DNA of 64,000 nucleotides from Giardia intestinalis (Eukaryota): NCBI GenBank assembly GCA_000002435.2, contig CM018792.1; one strand, 5' to 3'. Shown piece by piece: positions 58,891 to 64,000 of this stretch (position 1 is its first letter; each line of letters starts with the position of its first letter). The notes under the pieces were generated by a model. It saw only the letters and a program-made list of their open reading frames with translations, ran no database searches and was not told where the DNA came from. The position numbers and the translations under genes were made by a program.

Positions 58891-61800
58891 GTATTGTCTC
58901 ATGGAGATCCGAGTACATGGGGGAGTGCGGGAAAACGCATTCAGTACAGTAATCTTTCAGCGCTTGGACAAGGCATCCATAGGATTTTTTGTCTTCAGTA
59001 CAAAGCACTTCTCTTGCAGAAGAATAAGCATTGGTGTTTTGTTTGGCTTCCTCTTCTCTTTGCAATACATTAGTATTAGGCAGCAATTTCGTCATGTCTA
59101 TGCTGCCAGGTGCACATGTTCGTATGTCTTGTTGGAGCTTATAGGTTACTGCATGTAGGCAAAGCACAAATACATCATATCTCGTCGAGAAGCTTAAATC
59201 AGATGTACACAGCTTAGAAAGAGGAAGAATCCTTATGCCCTCCATCATGGTCTGTATGATTTTCATTTTCTTGCAGTACGAATCAATTAGATTAGTTGCA
59301 ATCATGTTATTAAGAAGTTGAAAACATACTTGAGATGACAGGAATATGCTTGCTCGGTGCTCTCGAGAAAAGATGAATTCAATCAATGCTATCACTAGAG
59401 TTGTCGTTTCGGAATTATTCCAGCCCTTATGCTCTAACATAAACCTGAGGCTAGCAACTGGTATCAGAGAGGGTGACAGAGGTAACATCGCAGAACCACC
59501 ACGGAGCAAAAGCTTTAGCCCAGTATCTTCCTGAAGTACAGAATCATATCGTGTAGAAAGCTCTGCTCTGGTCACTATCGTGCAGCTAGGAACGCGGTGA
59601 TATTCTTCTTCTAGTATGAAAAGATTTGCTATTACTGCGTGGATGGCCATGACTCCCTTTTCAAATTCACGTGGATTGTGTGACTGGAGTACTAACTGGA
59701 GTACAGAGCTCAGTACCTGTATGTCTTCGTAGGTGAAGGAACTGTTTGGATGGAAGATGTGATTGGACAATAGAGTTACAAAAGATAAAACTTCCAACAA
59801 CCGGACAGAATTACCCAGTAGAGATGGCACGGCTAATGACAGCTTCAAGGTATGCACGATCAGGTCCACGAGAGAGCAACTGGGTAACTCTGGAAATCCA
59901 GGGCAATCGACTTCTATTTGCGAAAAAATTTGATTATGATTTGTGACTTTTTCGCTGAATGCAACCCATTGCATAGCTCTGGGATTATAGAAGAAACGAA
60001 AGTAATGTAATAGGTTGCAAAGGAAATCTTCGAAACCAGGATCACTGAGCCGTGTGTGGTAAAACTCAAATCCAAGCTTGGCACAGAGAGCTATGTTGAC
60101 AGACCTAGCAACATGGAAGAAACTCCACTTGTTTTTGAAAAGCCAGCAAATAATATCGTCATCTTTAAAGTACTTCTTTAGCTGCTGACAAATGAAAGCA
60201 TGTGACTTTTCAATCTCCAAGCTATTAACTGAAAGGAGTGTCGGCGGCGATGCTATTCGCTGCTTGCCCTTGGTTTTATGGTGCTGGTACGCACCCACAT
60301 TAAACTTTTTGATTAGCGATTTGAGAATACTAAAGTTGGGTACATCACTGCGCTCACAAGACAGTATAAAATTGATATACTCGCACTCATTCGGAAGGCT
60401 GCACATGTCTGCCAACAGCTGAACCATCAAAGGGAGCGCCTGTGACTGCAGTTTAGATATATTAGAACAGAGGGGCTGGATAAAGCTGTTTGGTGAGCAG
60501 GCACTAGACACAACCCAACAGTTCTCCAGGAGAGCAGTTAATACAAGCACCAGCTTGAGTGGGTTTATCTTGGCGCTCTCGACAGTTGCCACCACGTTCT
60601 TTGTGGTGAGGAAAGAAAGGAGGAGGTGTAGATAGCCTGTCCAGATGGCAAACACAGCAGCAGTATTAAATATTAACTGACCATCTGCATAGTACATGTT
60701 AGCAGGCGATAGGGTAGAGTCCACCTTAAATTCTGATGGTGAGTGTTTCTTTCTCATGGTCCTGGCATTGTCATAAGTAGACCGTAGCACCCCCGAAGTA
60801 GTAGATAGTCTTTGCGGAGAATGAAAGCTATTAAGGAGTAGCTCCTCTAGAAGGTCCACAAGAAGGTGCAAATACTTGTGGTGAAGGTCATTGCAATCTG
60901 ACTCTTGCATCAGTGCTGGTATAGCATGCCAAATGGAGCACAAGGTATTAGTGAAAACAGGGACGCATTCATAGGCGGTCGTCCACCCTGCTATCTCGTA
61001 AATCCAGTTCTTGAGACTGCACGTAGTGTGTAATAAAATGAAAAGCAGGATAAGAGGTAATAGAGGATCATTACGTAGTCTGTTAGATAGGTATATGATA
61101 TGACTGCGAAGACTGCAAACAGAAGCAAAAGATTGAATCCGTTTCGCGTTGTGCGTGTTATTCAAATAGAAGACCCGCATAAGGAATTGCTTAAACTTTT
61201 GCATGTGTGGGCCTCGCCTTATCTGTACCTCATTCTCGCGAATGTTAAACAGCGCATCTGGAAGGTTGACGCTAAATATGTCTTTGACAGAAAGAGATGG
61301 TACGGCCAATGCTTGAACAGATTGCCACGTTGATAGCGGCTTCTGAATTTTAAACAACGAAAGAAGATGTTCAATGATAACTATGCAGAACGGCAAGGGC
61401 TCCATCTCCTGTTGTTTTGCATATGGTGCGCAGCATTCCAATTCGAGGATATCGTTAAATTGAGCACGGGGTTCCAGGGCCTGCTTTAGCTGTAGTACAG
61501 ACGGGAAGCTAGAGAGCCTATCTAACGAGTTTCTCCCAAGGATACCGGCGAACAACTGGTGAAGCAGAAGATTATAGAACCCAAAACTATGTCTTGATGT
61601 ACGGAGAATGGCCAAGGTATCCAAAAACCCGTATAGCAGTGAGCTAGGCCATAAGAGATAATTTGCAGAAGTCCAAATAACGGAGCCAGCCGTGTGAGCA
61701 AGGGATTTATTCGGGTACCCATAGATAAAGACATAGGCAAAAAACGGTAGATACCTACATCGCGAGTATGGGTAGCGAGGGGGATTTGATAGGAAAATGT

Positions 61801-63880
61801 TAACAATGCATTCAAGGGTGCCCGTACTATAAGAATCCTTGATGAAGGTGATTAAATCGCTTTTGTAAAAGAGTAAGATAGATATAGAAATCTCAATGGT
61901 TCGGGAATTCATAAGAAAAGATATGTCTCCCATTGCAGAGAACAAAACGATGTCTTCACTGCTCGATTTAGATGATTCGATTGGCTGCTTAGTCTGCATG
62001 TGCAATGTGATAGATTTGAGGAACTTTATGATATGAAGTGGTACTTTTCGTTGTTGCGTAAGCAGTGTAGTGCTTTTTGGAGACAAATGAAAATACTCAA
62101 TCAGGCCCAGAAGGAGGAGCTCGACAACGCTAGAGCAGTTCCGTCCTATGTTGGCCCACTCGCCTGTAATGAGCCTTTCCATTAAGTTGATAGCGGACTT
62201 AGCAAAATCGGTGCTAGATACCAGGGTTTTGACATCTGCAGAGATATCATTATCGCATGGAGAGGTAAGCGCAGGACAGGCTGTGGTGTACTTTGTCACT
62301 CTACAAACAAACTCATTAAACAGGTCAAGAACCACCAACAACAAGGGCATGTGAAGGTGTATTTGCTTTGGACATGATAGGCTCTGAAATATAGACAAAA
62401 GAGCAGACGGTAACAAGCAGAGCTCTGGTTTATATAGCAGTGCACTCAGTACACTTTCGTGGGGCAGTGTCAGTAATAGGTCTAAAATTAATTGAACTAT
62501 AACAGAGAGAAGATGATAGCGCTGACTGTAAAGTATATTATTCTTATCTAAGAACTGCTTAGAATAGCAAACTGAATAGGCATAAAGAAGAAGCATGAGA
62601 CTTTGTATAAAGCTGCTAGAAAGCAGCTCGCTCAAATCCTTATCGATTGATAGTTCTTCATGGGAGAGATACTCTGCTATCACTTCAATGACTGCTGAAA
62701 ATTGAGGATCTAAAATTTTAATAGAAATGGTTTCGGGGTAGAATGAGCCCGAAATGATCGCATTTTCATGTTGAGCTACATGAAAAATAATAAACTGAAC
62801 AGCAGCAACAACCTGTGTGCGCAGAAAAGGTAATGTATGAAGGCAAGGATCGGCAGCTGACTGAATGAGGTAGGAAGGCCCTGGACTAAAGAGATCATTC
62901 GAAACGGTTGGTAACAAGTAAAGAGACCCCGCACTAGTGTACTTAAGATGAACCGGGGTTACACCACTCAATCCCACTTCTTCAGAAGATAGCCCAAAGT
63001 AGGAGCATACGTTGTTGTTGTGCTCAGCATCCTTTTCAGCATGTACCTGTCTAAATAAGAAGTCCTTAGTATTCCGTAGCTTGTCATCTTCTATAAATCC
63101 TAGAAGATCTAACTTCTGATGAGCTACCGTATCCAGGTGGCACTGAACTACCTTATCTAGGTGATATAGCAGGCACGCTGCTTGATATTCCAATTCAGTT
63201 GCCTTTCCTAGAGGGTTTGCTCCTACAAAGAGCAATCCGCATCGTAGAATGTAACTGAAATTAGTCAGTGATAGCGGGACTGCGCTGCTGGACAAATTTC
63301 CTAGACATGTCAGTAATGAGAACAGCAACACGGAAACAGAACAGAATAGCAATCTACATATCTCCTGAAAGGCACAGGGGTTAGTCATGAGCTCATCTCG
63401 TTGAGTGTAGATCAGTTTTGCCCATGTTGTTAACAAAGTTATGAAACAAGTAAAGCTTGTTATGGTAGTCGGTTGGTTGCTTGAGGGCATAGTCAAGGAG
63501 TGGGTTTGTAAGTTGGAAACAGAACGAGTGCGAACAAGGGTCTTCCTTGCATTTGGATCGGTTGTATGGACAGACCTGATAGAGACGGCGTCCAGAAACC
63601 CAAAATACGAGGCAGTTCCATTATAGTCTGTGTCAGCAAAGGAGGAATCTGCGTCCTTGAGGATCTTAAAGAGTCTATCTATATCATATGTTTCTATCAA
63701 CAAGTAAATAAACAACATAGACTTCAGCAATTGCATAATACCTGCGTCTGTGTGAAGATCGAGTTGGAGAACCAGTGAATTTATACCGTCTAGGCAGGGT
63801 TTAAAGACGCTTGTTAGAAATACATCGGAATCGACATCTTTTTCCCAAATAAGCCTGTTTTCAACGATGTAATTGACCAT
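58811..63880 (-). CDS. large hypothetical protein (1689 aa), no recognisable domain
   Basis: Uninterrupted ORF with ATG at 63878-63880 (rc). Leu-rich, helical-repeat-like composition. Its 3' end overlaps the convergent AAA ATPase gene by 80 bp. Confidence 0.5.
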   Translation of the reverse strand: MVNYIVENRLIWEKDVDSDVFLTSVFKPCLDGINSLVLQLDLHTDAGIMQLLKSMLFIYLLIETYDIDRLFKILKDADSSFADTDYNGTASYFGFLDAVSIRSVHTTDPNARKTLVRTRSVSNLQTHSLTMPSSNQPTTITSFTCFITLLTTWAKLIYTQRDELMTNPCAFQEICRLLFCSVSVLLFSLLTCLGNLSSSAVPLSLTNFSYILRCGLLFVGANPLGKATELEYQAACLLYHLDKVVQCHLDTVAHQKLDLLGFIEDDKLRNTKDFLFRQVHAEKDAEHNNNVCSYFGLSSEEVGLSGVTPVHLKYTSAGSLYLLPTVSNDLFSPGPSYLIQSAADPCLHTLPFLRTQVVAAVQFIIFHVAQHENAIISGSFYPETISIKILDPQFSAVIEVIAEYLSHEELSIDKDLSELLSSSFIQSLMLLLYAYSVCYSKQFLDKNNILYSQRYHLLSVIVQLILDLLLTLPHESVLSALLYKPELCLLPSALLSIFQSLSCPKQIHLHMPLLLVVLDLFNEFVCRVTKYTTACPALTSPCDNDISADVKTLVSSTDFAKSAINLMERLITGEWANIGRNCSSVVELLLLGLIEYFHLSPKSTTLLTQQRKVPLHIIKFLKSITLHMQTKQPIESSKSSSEDIVLFSAMGDISFLMNSRTIEISISILLFYKSDLITFIKDSYSTGTLECIVNIFLSNPPRYPYSRCRYLPFFAYVFIYGYPNKSLAHTAGSVIWTSANYLLWPSSLLYGFLDTLAILRTSRHSFGFYNLLLHQLFAGILGRNSLDRLSSFPSVLQLKQALEPRAQFNDILELECCAPYAKQQEMEPLPFCIVIIEHLLSLFKIQKPLSTWQSVQALAVPSLSVKDIFSVNLPDALFNIRENEVQIRRGPHMQKFKQFLMRVFYLNNTHNAKRIQSFASVCSLRSHIIYLSNRLRNDPLLPLILLFILLHTTCSLKNWIYEIAGWTTAYECVPVFTNTLCSIWHAIPALMQESDCNDLHHKYLHLLVDLLEELLLNSFHSPQRLSTTSGVLRSTYDNARTMRKKHSPSEFKVDSTLSPANMYYADGQLIFNTAAVFAIWTGYLHLLLSFLTTKNVVATVESAKINPLKLVLVLTALLENCWVVSSACSPNSFIQPLCSNISKLQSQALPLMVQLLADMCSLPNECEYINFILSCERSDVPNFSILKSLIKKFNVGAYQHHKTKGKQRIASPPTLLSVNSLEIEKSHAFICQQLKKYFKDDDIICWLFKNKWSFFHVARSVNIALCAKLGFEFYHTRLSDPGFEDFLCNLLHYFRFFYNPRAMQWVAFSEKVTNHNQIFSQIEVDCPGFPELPSCSLVDLIVHTLKLSLAVPSLLGNSVRLLEVLSFVTLLSNHIFHPNSSFTYEDIQVLSSVLQLVLQSHNPREFEKGVMAIHAVIANLFILEEEYHRVPSCTIVTRAELSTRYDSVLQEDTGLKLLLRGGSAMLPLSPSLIPVASLRFMLEHKGWNNSETTTLVIALIEFIFSREHRASIFLSSQVCFQLLNNMIATNLIDSYCKKMKIIQTMMEGIRILPLSKLCTSDLSFSTRYDVFVLCLHAVTYKLQQDIRTCAPGSIDMTKLLPNTNVLQREEEAKQNTNAYSSAREVLCTEDKKSYGCLVQALKDYCTECVFPHSPMYSDLHETIPIPNQMQPPNRCIFEDLGDESLALSP

Positions 63881-64000
63881 TGCACAGCGCCAGGTCAGAC
63901 CAATTGTGGTGTCAGCTATTAGATAATATGGAACATGTTGTAACTTAGCATGACAAAGTTTAAATCTATCAACCTTTGTTTTAGGTAGCAGGAACCAAAG

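Overview
The window is eukaryotic, very compact and apparently intron-less. Several features point to Giardia intestinalis (lamblia): cysteine-rich CXXC surface-protein genes ending in GGLVGFLCWWF(L/V)CRGKA, AGTRAAY poly(A) signals a few nt after stop codons, 10-50 nt AT-rich promoters, an ankyrin-repeat NEK kinase and a 'protein 21.1' ankyrin protein. Layout of the window: (i) 1-20.5 kb holds twelve tightly packed housekeeping-type genes: a SET/MYND methyltransferase, an XRN1-like 5'-3' exoribonuclease, two Methyltransf_16 lysine-methyltransferase-like genes, a kinesin, an ankyrin protein, an ankyrin-NEK kinase, MAD2, an EF-hand protein, an Hsp70/Hsp110-like protein, a small Sm-like protein and a small CRG(R)T-tailed cysteine-rich membrane protein. 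(ii) 20.99-25.39 kb holds a 14-bp microsatellite, then one intact tRNA-Ile(GAU) gene fused to a ~4.1 kb, ~49-copy, essentially perfect 84-bp tandem array in which every unit carries only the 5' ~46 nt of that tRNA. (iii) 25.4-28.3 kb is a GC-rich stretch with no supportable gene. (iv) 28.35-54.5 kb is a 26-kb head-to-tail array of 13 VSP units on the + strand. Only the first unit has an N-terminal signal peptide. The other 12 begin at one of two recurrent internal breakpoints, are mosaics of shared sequence blocks, and two carry 1-nt homopolymer frameshifts. (v) 55-64 kb holds a flavodiiron protein, a katanin-like AAA ATPase and a 1689-aa orphan ORF. Caveat on the ORF track: many of its 'M' starts are GTG/TTG rather than ATG, so I re-derived starts where it mattered. 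Minus-strand ORFs inside the VSP array, and all ORFs through the perfect repeats, are treated as translation artefacts.
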